64,000 bases of DNA, taken from an uncultured Eubacteriaceae bacterium (GTDB lineage: Bacteria; Bacillota; Clostridia; Eubacteriales; Garciellaceae). Within the stretch, counting starts at the first letter, position 1. The number at the start of each line of letters is the position of its first letter. The stretch lies in the NCBI GenBank assembly GCA_964533275.1, contig CAZHJK010000011.1, positions 5,572-69,571 on the forward strand, read 5' to 3'. The notes beneath the pieces are model-generated. The model saw only the letters and a list, made by a program, of their open reading frames with translations, searched no databases and had not been told where the DNA came from. Shown here one piece after another: positions 1 to 10,379 of the stretch. The translations under genes and the position numbers were made by a program.

Positions 1-930
1 TTAAATTTAGCTAAACAAATGGAGGATATGGGCGCTGACTCAATCTGTGTAAAGGATATGTCAGGAATTTTAACTCCTTATTATGCCTTTGAATTAGTAT
101 CTAAGCTTAAAGAAACAGTAAAAGTTCCAATACAAATTCATACCCATTCCACCAGCGGAGTTGGATCTATGACCTATCTAAAATCTATAGAGGCAGGAGC
201 GGATGTTGTTGACTGTGCTATTTCACCAATGGCATTAGGAACATCTCAACCACCTACTGAGCCTTTAGTTGCTACATTAGAAGGTACAGGATATGATACA
301 GGATTAGATATTGCATTATTAAATGAAGTTGCAGAACACTTTAAACCATTACGACAAAGTTATCTTGAAAGTAATTTATTAGATCCTAAGGTATTAGGGG
401 TAGATGTAAACGCTTTAATCTATCAAGTGCCAGGAGGCATGTTATCAAACTTAGTATCCCAGCTTAAAACTCAAAATGCAGAGGATAAATTTGAGGAAGT
501 GCTTAGGGAAGTACCTAAGGTTCGAGAAGATCTTGGATACCCACCTTTAGTAACTCCAATGAGTCAGATTGTAGGAACTCAAGCGGTATTTAATGTAGTT
601 CTAGGAGAAAGATACAAGATGATTCCTAAGGAAGTTAAGGCATATGTAAAGGGAGAGTATGGAAAACCTACTGTACCAATTTCTGATGAGATTAAGAAAA
701 AAATTATTGGGGATGAAGAGGTAATCACCTGTAGACCGGCAGATTTAATTCAACCTCAACTGAAAATTCTTCAAAGTGAAATGAGTGAATACCAAGAGCA
801 GGATGAGGATATTCTAAGCTATGGTTTATTCCCACAAGTTGCTATCGAGTTCTTTAAATATCGACAAGCACAAATGTATAAAATAGATAGTACATTATTA
901 GATAAGAAAAATAATATTCATCCAGTATAA
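1..930 (+). CDS. Carboxyltransferase subunit (oxaloacetate decarboxylase alpha / pyruvate carboxylase B / transcarboxylase 5S-like), C-terminal part. The 5' end lies outside the window.
   Basis: The frame is open from nt 1 (LNLAKQ precedes the listed Met). Motifs KDMSGILTP, HTHSTSG and PGGMLSN fit this TIM-barrel carboxyltransferase family. The protein ends without a biotinyl (AMKM) domain. Confidence 0.8.
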   Translation, partial: LNLAKQMEDMGADSICVKDMSGILTPYYAFELVSKLKETVKVPIQIHTHSTSGVGSMTYLKSIEAGADVVDCAISPMALGTSQPPTEPLVATLEGTGYDTGLDIALLNEVAEHFKPLRQSYLESNLLDPKVLGVDVNALIYQVPGGMLSNLVSQLKTQNAEDKFEEVLREVPKVREDLGYPPLVTPMSQIVGTQAVFNVVLGERYKMIPKEVKAYVKGEYGKPTVPISDEIKKKIIGDEEVITCRPADLIQPQLKILQSEMSEYQEQDEDILSYGLFPQVAIEFFKYRQAQMYKIDSTLLDKKNNIHPV

Positions 931-940
931 GTCTAATTAT

Positions 941-987
941 AAAGCAGCAATCAAGTTCATAACTACTTGATAGCTGCTTTTGTTTTG
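941..987 (+). terminator. Rho-independent terminator
   Basis: Stem aaagcagcaatcaag / cttgatagctgcttt (1 mismatch), followed by tgttttg. Confidence 0.75.
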
Positions 988-1277
988 CCTCTTTTCATAT
1001 TATTGACACATTATTAATAGCACAATATAATATTTTATGAGAATAAATAGTATATTTCTAAACATTTCGACAGTATTGTTTCATAGTAAATTATTCAGGG
1101 TAATAATTAGTTAATTATACTGTTCTATTCATAGCAAATAATATGACGGCTAATTATATTGGCAAGTATAGCAATGAACTATAGAAAATTTGGCTGATAC
1201 TTGTCCCATAAGCGTGGATATAGAGTGGTACTTAAACACACATAAATAAATTCCAAGAATGGATAGAGGAAAAAAAT

Positions 1278-3572
1278 ATGAGTAGAAATAACATATCAGT
1301 CAGGAGTATAACGATAATTTTATTCGTATTATCTATATTGATTACAGTGGGTTTGATTGGATATATAGTGTTTTCCAATTGGCTTTCATCAACAGATGAA
1401 ATAATTACAAAAATGGCAAAGGATATGAATACAGAAATACAAAACCAGATTGATAGATTTATACATGTACCCGAGCATATAAATGAGGTTAATAGAGGAT
1501 TAATAGAACAGGGAATTGTTGATATAAATGATGAGAAGGATCGGGAAAGATATTTTGTAGGAGTGCTAAAGGCACATAGCGATGTAAATGTTTACAGCTA
1601 TAGCTACGGAACTGAAACAGGAGAATATTATGGTGCTCGGAGAAATAAAAATAATGAAATAGAGATTATGAAAAACAATAAGGAAACTAATGGAAATTCA
1701 TGGTATTATTCTCTAACTGAGGAGGATACGGCAAAGGATTTAGTGGTAAAGGCTGGAGAGTTTGACCCACGAACAAGGGATTGGTATATTTCTGCAAAGG
1801 AAACAAAAAAACCAATTTTTTCACCAATATATAAACACTTTGTTATGGATGATTTAACGGTATCTGCAGCCTATCCTATTTATAATCGAGAAAACCTACT
1901 GGAGGGTGTACTTGGGACGCATATTACCCTTTCAAGGGTAGATAGCTTTTTAAAAGAAACAGTAGAGGATAAGAATGCCTTTGCAGTGATTGTGGAAAAG
2001 GACTCAAGGGAATTGGTGGCTAACTCCCTGGGAGTGAATAATTATAAAAGAATTGATGATGGAGAATATGAAAGACTAACCATTGATGACATAGATAATA
2101 AAGCAATAGAACAAGCATATGAAGAATATAAAACTACGCAGGATAGTAATTTTAAGTTAAACAGTGAAGATGATAAACAGTATATAAATTTAATAGAATA
2201 CAATAAAGAAGGGTTGAGCTGGCTAATTATTACAGCTATACCTGAAAGTTTGTTTTTAGCAGACATTATAGACAATATGAAATTGACATTATTAATGACT
2301 ATAATAGCAATTATATTATCTATAGGTATTTATTTGATGATTACCAAAAAACTCTTAGACCCTATAGATAATTTAATAGATACCACAGAAAGATTCTCCA
2401 AGGGTGATTTTTCTCGTAGGGCAACTATTTCTAGGAATGATGAAATTGGTAGGATAACAAAATCATTCAATAAAATGGCTGACACCATACATATGCTAGT
2501 CAATAACCTTGAAACAAAGGTGAAAGAGAGAACTATGGAGTTAGAGGAAACTAATAATTCATTAAAATACTTAATTTATCATGATTCGCTAACTGGTTTA
2601 TTTAATAGAAAGTTTTTCGACGAGAAATTAAAAGAATATGATATAGAGGAAAAGTTACCCTTATCTATCATATTCGGAGATATAAATGGTCTAAAGCTTA
2701 CAAATGATATATTTGGGCACAAGGCTGGGGATGAACTTTTAATAAAATCAGCAGAAATATTGAAAAATATCTGTAGAGACAAAGATATCATTTCCAGGGT
2801 TGGGGGAGATGAATTTGCTATTCTCTTACCAAATACAGAGGACTTTGAAGCAGAAAAAATCATAGATAGGGTAAATAATATACTTTCAAGGAAGAAAATT
2901 AATGGGATAAACTGCAGCATGTCAATGGGATATGGAACAAAGAAAAATTTATACCAGGATATAATGAGAACAATGGAAATTGCAGAGGATGAGATGTATA
3001 AAGAAAAAACACTAAATCAGAAAAAAATAAATTCTGATATAGTAGTGTCAATTATCAAAAACCTCCATGACAAGAATTCAATGGAAAAGAGTCATTCCAT
3101 AAATGTAAGTGAAATATGCAAAAATATAGGACAAGAAATGCAATTATCAGAAACCCAAGTAAGAAAATTAAAGGAAGCAGGATTTCTTCATGATATAGGA
3201 AAGATCGCATTAGATGATAATATTATAAAGGATAAATCTAATCTAACTGAAGAAGAGAAAAAAGAAATGCAGCAACACACCGTGATAGGATATAGAATTT
3301 TAAATCTATTTGAAGATACCTTAGAATTGGCAGAAGGAGTTTTTAACCACCATGAAAACTGGGATGGCTCAGGATATCCCAAGGGTATAAAGGGTGAAGA
3401 AATACCTATTATATCCAGGATTATAGCTATAGCAGAAAATTATGATGAGATGACAAATGAACTAAACAAGAATGCTATGAGCAAGGATGAAGCGCTACAG
3501 GAAATTATAAAACAATCAGGAATTAAATTTGATCCAGAGATTGTAGAAATATTCGTTAGAATGTCATCCTAA
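1278..3572 (+). CDS. Membrane sensor with Cache-like extracytoplasmic region, HAMP, GGDEF diguanylate cyclase and HD-GYP phosphodiesterase domains
   Basis: GAGGA RBS. Two TM segments flank a ~300-aa loop. GGDEF is intact (RVGGDEFAILL) with an RxxD I-site (RDKD) 5 aa upstream. HD-GYP motifs HDIGK and HHENWDGSGYP are present. Confidence 0.9.
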   Translation: MSRNNISVRSITIILFVLSILITVGLIGYIVFSNWLSSTDEIITKMAKDMNTEIQNQIDRFIHVPEHINEVNRGLIEQGIVDINDEKDRERYFVGVLKAHSDVNVYSYSYGTETGEYYGARRNKNNEIEIMKNNKETNGNSWYYSLTEEDTAKDLVVKAGEFDPRTRDWYISAKETKKPIFSPIYKHFVMDDLTVSAAYPIYNRENLLEGVLGTHITLSRVDSFLKETVEDKNAFAVIVEKDSRELVANSLGVNNYKRIDDGEYERLTIDDIDNKAIEQAYEEYKTTQDSNFKLNSEDDKQYINLIEYNKEGLSWLIITAIPESLFLADIIDNMKLTLLMTIIAIILSIGIYLMITKKLLDPIDNLIDTTERFSKGDFSRRATISRNDEIGRITKSFNKMADTIHMLVNNLETKVKERTMELEETNNSLKYLIYHDSLTGLFNRKFFDEKLKEYDIEEKLPLSIIFGDINGLKLTNDIFGHKAGDELLIKSAEILKNICRDKDIISRVGGDEFAILLPNTEDFEAEKIIDRVNNILSRKKINGINCSMSMGYGTKKNLYQDIMRTMEIAEDEMYKEKTLNQKKINSDIVVSIIKNLHDKNSMEKSHSINVSEICKNIGQEMQLSETQVRKLKEAGFLHDIGKIALDDNIIKDKSNLTEEEKKEMQQHTVIGYRILNLFEDTLELAEGVFNHHENWDGSGYPKGIKGEEIPIISRIIAIAENYDEMTNELNKNAMSKDEALQEIIKQSGIKFDPEIVEIFVRMSS

Positions 3573-3833
3573 TCGTTAGTGAAGAATCTTTCTGAATGAC
3601 ACATAAAATACTTCTTCAACAACCAATGGGCAGGATTCCCTGCACTTTATTTTAGCAGAATATTACTTGGAAATACAAAAGAAAAGTACCCAAATCCAGA
3701 ATAGAGCTATTAATGAGGTCTACCACTGAATTGATAATAAAACTTGCTTTTTCCAGTTTTAAATAATAGTATTAATATTAAATAAAAGTAATAGATGATG
3801 AAATGTAAATGTGCTTGATAAGGGGTTGAGTTT

Positions 3834-4988
3834 ATGATTAATAATCATGTGGCTGTAAGTAAACTGATTGACTTCTTTCAATATGTGTCAGTTGACTATG
3901 ATGATTTGCCAAAAAGAATAGTTGATGGCATCCGGTTGTATTTTGGGTACAATGCTGTTTATACTATTTATCAGAAATTAAATGAAAAAGATTACGCAAT
4001 AACTGAGTTGTACGGAGAGGATACATATTCACGGGATCATGTATTGTATAAGGAGATATGGGCGAAGAATGATATTTTTTTTAATAAATTGGATGTAATA
4101 GTTAACGGTAGCAAGACGTTGAAAAAGTATGCGTGGCGATGCCAGGATTTGGGATGTTCCATAGAAGAATTTTGGAATTTGGATCTGGGTAAGGCAATAC
4201 GTAAGGGAGGGTTTGGGTACAAAGCCCTAATTACCTGCGGTCAGCCGTGGTATAATATGCAGCATACCATCAGTTTGTATAAACCGGAAAAGCAGGGGGA
4301 TTTTTCCGATGAAGAGATGGAGAAATTTAACTATATTGGGACATTGTTTTCTATTATGCAAAATAATTATAGGGATAAAATAGAAAATGAACAGCTAAAG
4401 AGTGTATTAAATAAACATATAACCGATATGGATGGATGCTTTTGTGTCTTAAACTGTCAGCTTAATGTTATTTTTCAGACAAACGCATTTAGTGAAATTG
4501 CTGACAAAATTTTCAATGGAGAGCTTTTCAGACATACATTAATGCCGCTTGTTGCCCGAATGGGTGAGGTAGAACATTCAAACGAAAGTGAAATTAGCAA
4601 AGAGTACAATACGGAAAATGGAAACTATGTGATGAACATCTCAATTTTCAGCAAGGACAAAAATGAGAGTTATAAGACACAGTATTTATATATGATAAAG
4701 ATACAAGCGAAAAAGGATGATACTCCAAGCATGTTCAATGAAATTGATGCTATCAGAGAAGGGGCGTTCTATCTGAAGACTTCAGAGACTTATTGTCTCA
4801 CTAGGCGCGAAACAGAGGTTCTGAAGCTTATGATGAACGGTTTGAAAGTAGCGGAAATAGCTGAAAAAATTTGTGTAGCTAAAAGCACAGCCAGAACGCA
4901 CATAAACAATATATACAGGAAATTAGGTGTTAATAACCGTTCGGAGACCATGGCAAAGATTATGATGATAAAAGACACGAAAATCTAA
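3834..4988 (+). CDS. LuxR-family transcriptional regulator with an uncharacterised N-terminal sensor region
   Basis: C-terminal LuxR/GerE HTH (LTRRETEVLKLMMNGLKVAEIAEKICVAKSTARTHINNIYRKLGV). AAGGGG RBS. Confidence 0.85.
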   Translation: MINNHVAVSKLIDFFQYVSVDYDDLPKRIVDGIRLYFGYNAVYTIYQKLNEKDYAITELYGEDTYSRDHVLYKEIWAKNDIFFNKLDVIVNGSKTLKKYAWRCQDLGCSIEEFWNLDLGKAIRKGGFGYKALITCGQPWYNMQHTISLYKPEKQGDFSDEEMEKFNYIGTLFSIMQNNYRDKIENEQLKSVLNKHITDMDGCFCVLNCQLNVIFQTNAFSEIADKIFNGELFRHTLMPLVARMGEVEHSNESEISKEYNTENGNYVMNISIFSKDKNESYKTQYLYMIKIQAKKDDTPSMFNEIDAIREGAFYLKTSETYCLTRRETEVLKLMMNGLKVAEIAEKICVAKSTARTHINNIYRKLGVNNRSETMAKIMMIKDTKI

Positions 4989-5049
4989 TTTTCTCATATA
5001 AAGTATGGAGATTAATAATCAAACTCATATAATTTAATGAATTTTAACT

Positions 5050-5088
5050 AAACCGCAGGATGATAAATATCCTGCGGTTTAGTTTTTG
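5050..5088 (+). terminator. Rho-independent terminator after the LuxR gene
   Basis: Stem aaaccgcagga / tcctgcggttt, then a T-run. Confidence 0.8.
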
Positions 5089-5249
5089 TCAATATATATG
5101 TGGAGAAAACAAATAGTTGCAATTAGATAAATGATAGTATATGTGGATTGTACTAAAAAAGCAAGACTGTTAATATGTTGTCAAGGATGCTGTAGCATAA
5201 ACTCAATTAATTTGCGCAGTATCACATAATCTATGAAAGGAGAAAAACA

Positions 5250-7205
5250 ATGATATCCAATGACATGAAGTACACGAAAATGTTTGAACCCGGAAAAATA
5301 GGAAGAGTGACGGTTAAAAACCGAGTGGTCTTGCCCCCAATGGGGACTGGTCTTGCTTCTTTTTCGGGAGAGGCAAGCCCCGATATTATCCGTTACTATG
5401 AGGAAAGAGCCAAGGGTGGATGTGGTCTAATCATCACAGAAATCACCCGAGTCGATGAAGAGCATGGCTGGGGACTTGCAAGACAGCTTGCAGTAACAAA
5501 AGGAGGATTTATTAGTGGCTTGCAGAGGCTTGTTAACACAGTGCATAAATACGGCACAAAAGTTTTCGTTCAGCTACACCATCCCGGCAGGGAGGGTCAC
5601 GCCAGGATTAATCCTAACAAAAATCAAATAGTTGCACCTACTGCAATGGTGACTGAGCGTTGTAACGAAATGCCACACGAGTTAACGACAGAAGAAGTAG
5701 AGGCAATGGTGTCAAAGTATGTTATTGGTGCCACAATTGCAAAGTTTTCAGGTGCGGACGGCATTGAGCTTCATGCTGCCCATGGATACTTTATTAATCA
5801 GTTTCTTTCCCCATTCTCTAACAAACGAACAGATAAATATGGCGGTAGCTTTGAGAAGCGTATGCGCTTTATAAAAGAAGTTATTTTAGGTATCCATAAA
5901 ATGTGCGGTCCTGATTTTCCAATAGGGGTCAGACTATCTGTAGATGAATTTATGGGTGATAAGGGAATCACTCTTGAAATGGGCGTAGAGATAGTGAAGT
6001 ACTTGGAGAAGCTTAATATAAATCATATCCATGTCAGTTGCGGAATTTATGAGTCGGGACATAACATTATCCCTATACACATTTATCCCCAGGCCTGCAG
6101 AAGAAATCTTTCGCAGGCTATAAAGGATGCGGTGAGCATACCGGTTATCTCAATCAATAACATTAAAGAGCCCAAGATAGCTGAGCAGCTTCTTGAGGAA
6201 GGTGTCTGCGATTTTGTAGCAGTTGGACGCGGACAGCTAGCCGATCCCGAGTGGGTGAATAAGGCACGCAAGGGAGAGGATATTTCTATTAGAAAATGCA
6301 TTGGCTGTTGCCGTTGTATAGAAGCAATTTCCTATGGAAGGCACTTTGAATGCTCGGTTAACCCCCGTCTGGGAAGAGAACTTGAATTTTTACAGCTTGA
6401 GAAGAACGGCGAGGGAAAGAAAATTGTTGTTGTTGGCGGTGGACCGGCAGGTATGCAGGCAGCAAAGGTGTTGGCTCAGAGAAACTTTAAGGTAACATTG
6501 TTTGAGGCCCAGGAAAAACTTGGCGGGGCGCTGGATCTTGCGGGCAAAAATATCGGTAAGGAAAAGCTGGTTTGGTTAATAGATACAATGAACTATGAGC
6601 TGGAGCAGCTTGGGGTCGATGTGCGCCTTAATACAAGAGCTACCGAGGAGAGTATAAAAGAACTAAACCCCTATGGAGTTTTTGTATGCTGCGGTGGAAA
6701 ACATATTGAACCTAAAATTCCAGGAATCGAATCCGAGAAGACAATTCGTGTCAAAGACTATTTGGAAGGCAAAGCTCAGCCCGGGAAAAAAGTTGCTGTT
6801 ATCGGTTCGGGCGCGACAGGAATTGAAACGGCTGCAACATTAGCTTCACGCGGACATGAAGTTACAGTTATAGAGATGATGCCAAAAATCGGATCGGGCA
6901 TTATTAACAGGGTTCTGGGTGTACTTATTGCACGCTTAACAAAAAGTGGCGTAAGTCTTTTGCCGGGGCATAAACTGACTGCTATAAACGATACCGGAGT
7001 AAAGCTTGAGAAAATGGAGGACGGCTCCGAAGTTGAAATGGAATTTGACTCTGTTATTTTAGCACTTGGCATTGGTTCACAACAAAAATACGCAAATGAA
7101 TTGGCATCTGCTTCCGATAATTCGGTTGTTTTGGGAGATGCATTGTTGAGCTCCACCGTGCTGGAAGCGATAAGAGATGCAAACGGTTCAGCATGGGTAT
7201 TTTAA
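5250..7205 (+). CDS. Enoate reductase / 2,4-dienoyl-CoA reductase-like flavoprotein (OYE TIM barrel + 4Fe-4S + FAD/NAD(P) domain)
   Basis: OYE-type N-terminal half (HHPGR, ELHAAHGYFINQFLSP). Cys cluster CIGCCRCIEA...ECSVNP. Rossmann motifs VVGGGPAG and VIGSGATG. AAAGGAG RBS. Confidence 0.85.
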   Translation: MISNDMKYTKMFEPGKIGRVTVKNRVVLPPMGTGLASFSGEASPDIIRYYEERAKGGCGLIITEITRVDEEHGWGLARQLAVTKGGFISGLQRLVNTVHKYGTKVFVQLHHPGREGHARINPNKNQIVAPTAMVTERCNEMPHELTTEEVEAMVSKYVIGATIAKFSGADGIELHAAHGYFINQFLSPFSNKRTDKYGGSFEKRMRFIKEVILGIHKMCGPDFPIGVRLSVDEFMGDKGITLEMGVEIVKYLEKLNINHIHVSCGIYESGHNIIPIHIYPQACRRNLSQAIKDAVSIPVISINNIKEPKIAEQLLEEGVCDFVAVGRGQLADPEWVNKARKGEDISIRKCIGCCRCIEAISYGRHFECSVNPRLGRELEFLQLEKNGEGKKIVVVGGGPAGMQAAKVLAQRNFKVTLFEAQEKLGGALDLAGKNIGKEKLVWLIDTMNYELEQLGVDVRLNTRATEESIKELNPYGVFVCCGGKHIEPKIPGIESEKTIRVKDYLEGKAQPGKKVAVIGSGATGIETAATLASRGHEVTVIEMMPKIGSGIINRVLGVLIARLTKSGVSLLPGHKLTAINDTGVKLEKMEDGSEVEMEFDSVILALGIGSQQKYANELASASDNSVVLGDALLSSTVLEAIRDANGSAWVF

Positions 7206-7243
7206 GCTTTAATTAATTTTATAAAAGAGAGGAGAAAAAAATT

Positions 7244-8947
7244 ATGAGAGAATTTAAAGATAAAGTAGCGTTAATTACAGGCGGAGCAAATGGTTTTGGA
7301 AAGGCTTTTGCAATTGAGGCAGCTGAACGAGGAATGAAATTAGCATTAGTTGATATTGATGAAGCTGATCTTACCGGTACTGTCGCTGTTCTTAAGAACC
7401 AAGGGGCAGAAGTGCTTCCTATAGTTGCGGATGTTACTCTGTATGATAATGTAAAAATGACCGTAGATAAAACAATGAAAGCCTTTGGTCAGATAGACCT
7501 TCTGTTTTGTAACGCAGGTGTGGTTCCCTGTGGGGATATTTTAAATCTTCCGGCACGGGACTGGGAATGGACGGCGGCCGCAAACCTAACCAGCCATAGT
7601 CATTTCTATCATGAGGTTGTGCCGATAATGGTAAAGCAAGGTACACCAGCCCACATTATGGGTGTTTCTTCCATCGCAGGAATACTGCATGGAATAGGTA
7701 ACAATGCGACATATTCAGCGACCAAGCATGGTGCAGTTGCACTTATTGAGGATCTCCGCAATTACTTCAGGTGGAATGAAATAGATAATATAGGCGTTTC
7801 AGTGTATTGTCCTGGCTATGTGCAGACCGATCTGCATCATTGCGAGCGACATAGACCGGACAGGTTCAAGGCCCAGGAGGATCCCTACTATCAGTCTGAG
7901 TATTATAAAGGTTGTCTTGGCCGCGTAAATGTTAGTATCTCCACTGGCATCCCTATTGATAGTGTCGGACCCCGTCTGTTTAAGGCAATTGAAGACAAGC
8001 AGATGTATATCCTCACACACCCACAATATCTGCCTTATATTGAGTCACGCCACAGAGCAATAGAAAAAGATGCGGAATTGCCCGAAGGTGGATCCGGCAA
8101 TAGTGAACGTAATTTTAAGGATCAGGTAGCATTGATTACAGGTGCGGCACATGGTTTTGGATTTGAGTTTGCCAAAGAAGCTGCATCTAGGGGAATGAAA
8201 CTTGCTTTGATTGATATTGTCGGTGAGAAGCTTAAGGAAGTTAAGGCTTATTTCGATAGTAAGAATGTGGAGTGCATGATCTACGAAGGGGACACTTCGA
8301 TCTATGAAGATGTCAAGGCGAGCGTAGATGCAACTATGAAGACCTACGGACAGATTGATGTATTGTTTAACAATGCGGGAGTTGCGCCTGTTGGCAATGC
8401 TACTGCTGTGCACCCACGAGATTTTGAATGGGTAGCTGGTGTAAACATGCTTGGTCAGGCTTACTATTACCATGAGGTCCTGCCCATTATGATAAAACAG
8501 GGTACACCCGCAAACGTCATTACAACCGCTTCCATTGCGGGACTTCTTCCCGGCTTAGGAAAGAACCCGGCATACTCGGCGACAAAGCACGCTGCTGTAG
8601 CCCTTTCGGAATCTGTATTGGCGAAGCTGAAGGAATTAGAAGCCAATGTTAAAGTCTCAATCTATTGTCCCGGCTTTGTACAAACAAACCTTCACAAGTC
8701 TGATGACTACCGTCCGGATCGCTTTGCAAAGGGTGAGGATCCACACTTCCAGACTGAGACCTATTTAAAAGAGCTAGAAAGACTCGAAAACAACATAGTT
8801 ACTGGTACACCCATTGACCCCGTAGGAGCGCGTTTGTTTAAGGCCATGGAAGAGGGACAGAAGTATATAATCACTCATACTAAGCACATGGATGCTGTCA
8901 AGGCACGCCATGCAGAGATTGAAGCAGATGCTAAGAGGGAGCTGTAG
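7244..8947 (+). CDS. Tandem-fused double short-chain dehydrogenase/reductase (two complete SDR modules in one 567-aa chain)
   Basis: Both halves carry TGxxxGxG (ITGGANGFG / ITGAAHGFG), NAG (CNAGV / NNAGV), Ser (SSIAG / ASIAG) and YxxxK (YSATKHG / YSATKHA). The halves are clearly homologous along their full length. Confidence 0.85.
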   Translation: MREFKDKVALITGGANGFGKAFAIEAAERGMKLALVDIDEADLTGTVAVLKNQGAEVLPIVADVTLYDNVKMTVDKTMKAFGQIDLLFCNAGVVPCGDILNLPARDWEWTAAANLTSHSHFYHEVVPIMVKQGTPAHIMGVSSIAGILHGIGNNATYSATKHGAVALIEDLRNYFRWNEIDNIGVSVYCPGYVQTDLHHCERHRPDRFKAQEDPYYQSEYYKGCLGRVNVSISTGIPIDSVGPRLFKAIEDKQMYILTHPQYLPYIESRHRAIEKDAELPEGGSGNSERNFKDQVALITGAAHGFGFEFAKEAASRGMKLALIDIVGEKLKEVKAYFDSKNVECMIYEGDTSIYEDVKASVDATMKTYGQIDVLFNNAGVAPVGNATAVHPRDFEWVAGVNMLGQAYYYHEVLPIMIKQGTPANVITTASIAGLLPGLGKNPAYSATKHAAVALSESVLAKLKELEANVKVSIYCPGFVQTNLHKSDDYRPDRFAKGEDPHFQTETYLKELERLENNIVTGTPIDPVGARLFKAMEEGQKYIITHTKHMDAVKARHAEIEADAKREL

Positions 8948-8951
8948 ATCT

Positions 8952-10379
8952 ATGGATGCTATGGATAGAAAAAGAAAAAATATTATGACTGATAAGTCAA
9001 AAAAGACATTGTTTCAGCTTTGTATTGTTACAATAATTGCTATAGGGATAGCTTTCATACCTGCTCCAAAAGGGCTGGAGCAGGTGGCAATGAGGTATGT
9101 TGGTATATTCGCCTGGTTGATACTCCTAATGTCTTTTCGGGTTTTTCCGGAATATCTCTCAGTTTTGTTTACCCTTTCAGCGCTACTGGTTTTCGGGGTT
9201 GGGACAGCATCTGAAGTTTTTTCACAATTCGCCAGTCCCACACTCTGGCAGATTATCACAATACTCGCCCTGGCTTCTGCCATTCAGAAGACAACGGTGC
9301 TGACTCGTGTGACCATGCGAATATTGAAGCCCTTTCCGTCTACATATTCCGGTCAGGTGGCGGCTCTGATGCTAAGTGCGCTGGTAATGAGCCTGATGAT
9401 ACCAAGTGTATACGCTAAGATTATGATACTTGCTCCTCTTGCAATTAATGTGTGTGATTCAGCTAATTTTGAGAAGTCAAGTAAACCTGCGGCAGGATTG
9501 TTTTGTGCAATATTCGTTACATCATTCATTCTGAGTAACGGTTTTACAACTGGCAACAGCAATGTTCAGGTTATGATGGCATTTGCTGACACAACTTTTA
9601 GCTTTGTAGAATGGCTTAAGGCAACCTGGCTTTGGACGCTTATTATGACAGTTGGTACATTCTTTTTCATAATCACATTCTACCGTCCTAAAGTTTCGAT
9701 GTCACTGGGCGCAAATTACATTCAAGAGCAGATTGATAATCTTCCTCCTATGAGTGCGAATGACAAGAAAGCAGCTGTAATAATTGCAATTAGCCTGGTG
9801 TTCTGGATGACTGAGTCCTTTCATGGAATAAGTGCACTTGCGGTAACATTAGTTGCATACTGTGCATTTGCTGCACTAGGTGTGGTTACTCCTGAGGAGT
9901 TCTGCACCAAGATTGATTGGAAGTTAATAGTGCTTATTGGTGGAATACTGAGTGTTGCAGGATTTATTTCGTCACTTGGAATATCGACCTATCTGGCAAA
10001 TATTATCGGACCGTATGCAGCACCTTTGGTTAATAATGTATGGATATTCATACCGGTGCTTACCATACTTGTATTCTTGACACGCTTTGCAATTGTGTCC
10101 CAGATTGGAACTCTAACCATATTTATTGCAATCTTTCAAGGGCTTGTTATCCAAATTGGATACCATCCATTCATAGTTGTATTCTGTGCAAATATGATTA
10201 TCCAGCTTTGGGCAACTAACTACAACAGTGTTCTGATAAAACCGGCTTATGCTATAACCAAAAACAGAATGGTAGAGCATCGAGATGTTGCTCCGATGGC
10301 TTATGCTCTGCTTGGGCTTAATATCATAGCATACATTGCGAGCATACCCCTGTGGAATATAATGGGTTTCTTGGGCTAA
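8952..10379 (+). CDS. Polytopic anion/carboxylate permease, DASS (SLC13)-like
   Basis: More than 12 hydrophobic segments. The start is moved to the first ATG after the SDR stop codon (MDAMDRK...), with AGAGGGAG about 12 nt upstream. ATG 8985 is an alternative start. Confidence 0.65.
   Translation: MDAMDRKRKNIMTDKSKKTLFQLCIVTIIAIGIAFIPAPKGLEQVAMRYVGIFAWLILLMSFRVFPEYLSVLFTLSALLVFGVGTASEVFSQFASPTLWQIITILALASAIQKTTVLTRVTMRILKPFPSTYSGQVAALMLSALVMSLMIPSVYAKIMILAPLAINVCDSANFEKSSKPAAGLFCAIFVTSFILSNGFTTGNSNVQVMMAFADTTFSFVEWLKATWLWTLIMTVGTFFFIITFYRPKVSMSLGANYIQEQIDNLPPMSANDKKAAVIIAISLVFWMTESFHGISALAVTLVAYCAFAALGVVTPEEFCTKIDWKLIVLIGGILSVAGFISSLGISTYLANIIGPYAAPLVNNVWIFIPVLTILVFLTRFAIVSQIGTLTIFIAIFQGLVIQIGYHPFIVVFCANMIIQLWATNYNSVLIKPAYAITKNRMVEHRDVAPMAYALLGLNIIAYIASIPLWNIMGFLG

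Noticed and set aside
8045-8473. 142-aa ORF antisense to the double-SDR gene. Similar embedded antisense or alternate-frame ORFs occur at 2042-2275, 2579-2920, 6776-7156, 9014-9283, 20416-20730, 25100-25510, 25517-25768, 26916-27386, 28123-28440, 52828-53214, 53525-53821 and 53920-54225.
   Set aside because: All lie entirely inside genes with strong family signatures on the other strand or frame. They lack Shine-Dalgarno sequences and translate to low-complexity or Ser/Ile-rich strings typical of shadow ORFs.
8892-8951. N-terminal extension of the permease ORF that overlaps the SDR gene
   Set aside because: The extension is read through the SDR 3' end in another frame. An in-frame ATG with an upstream purine-rich RBS lies directly after the SDR stop.
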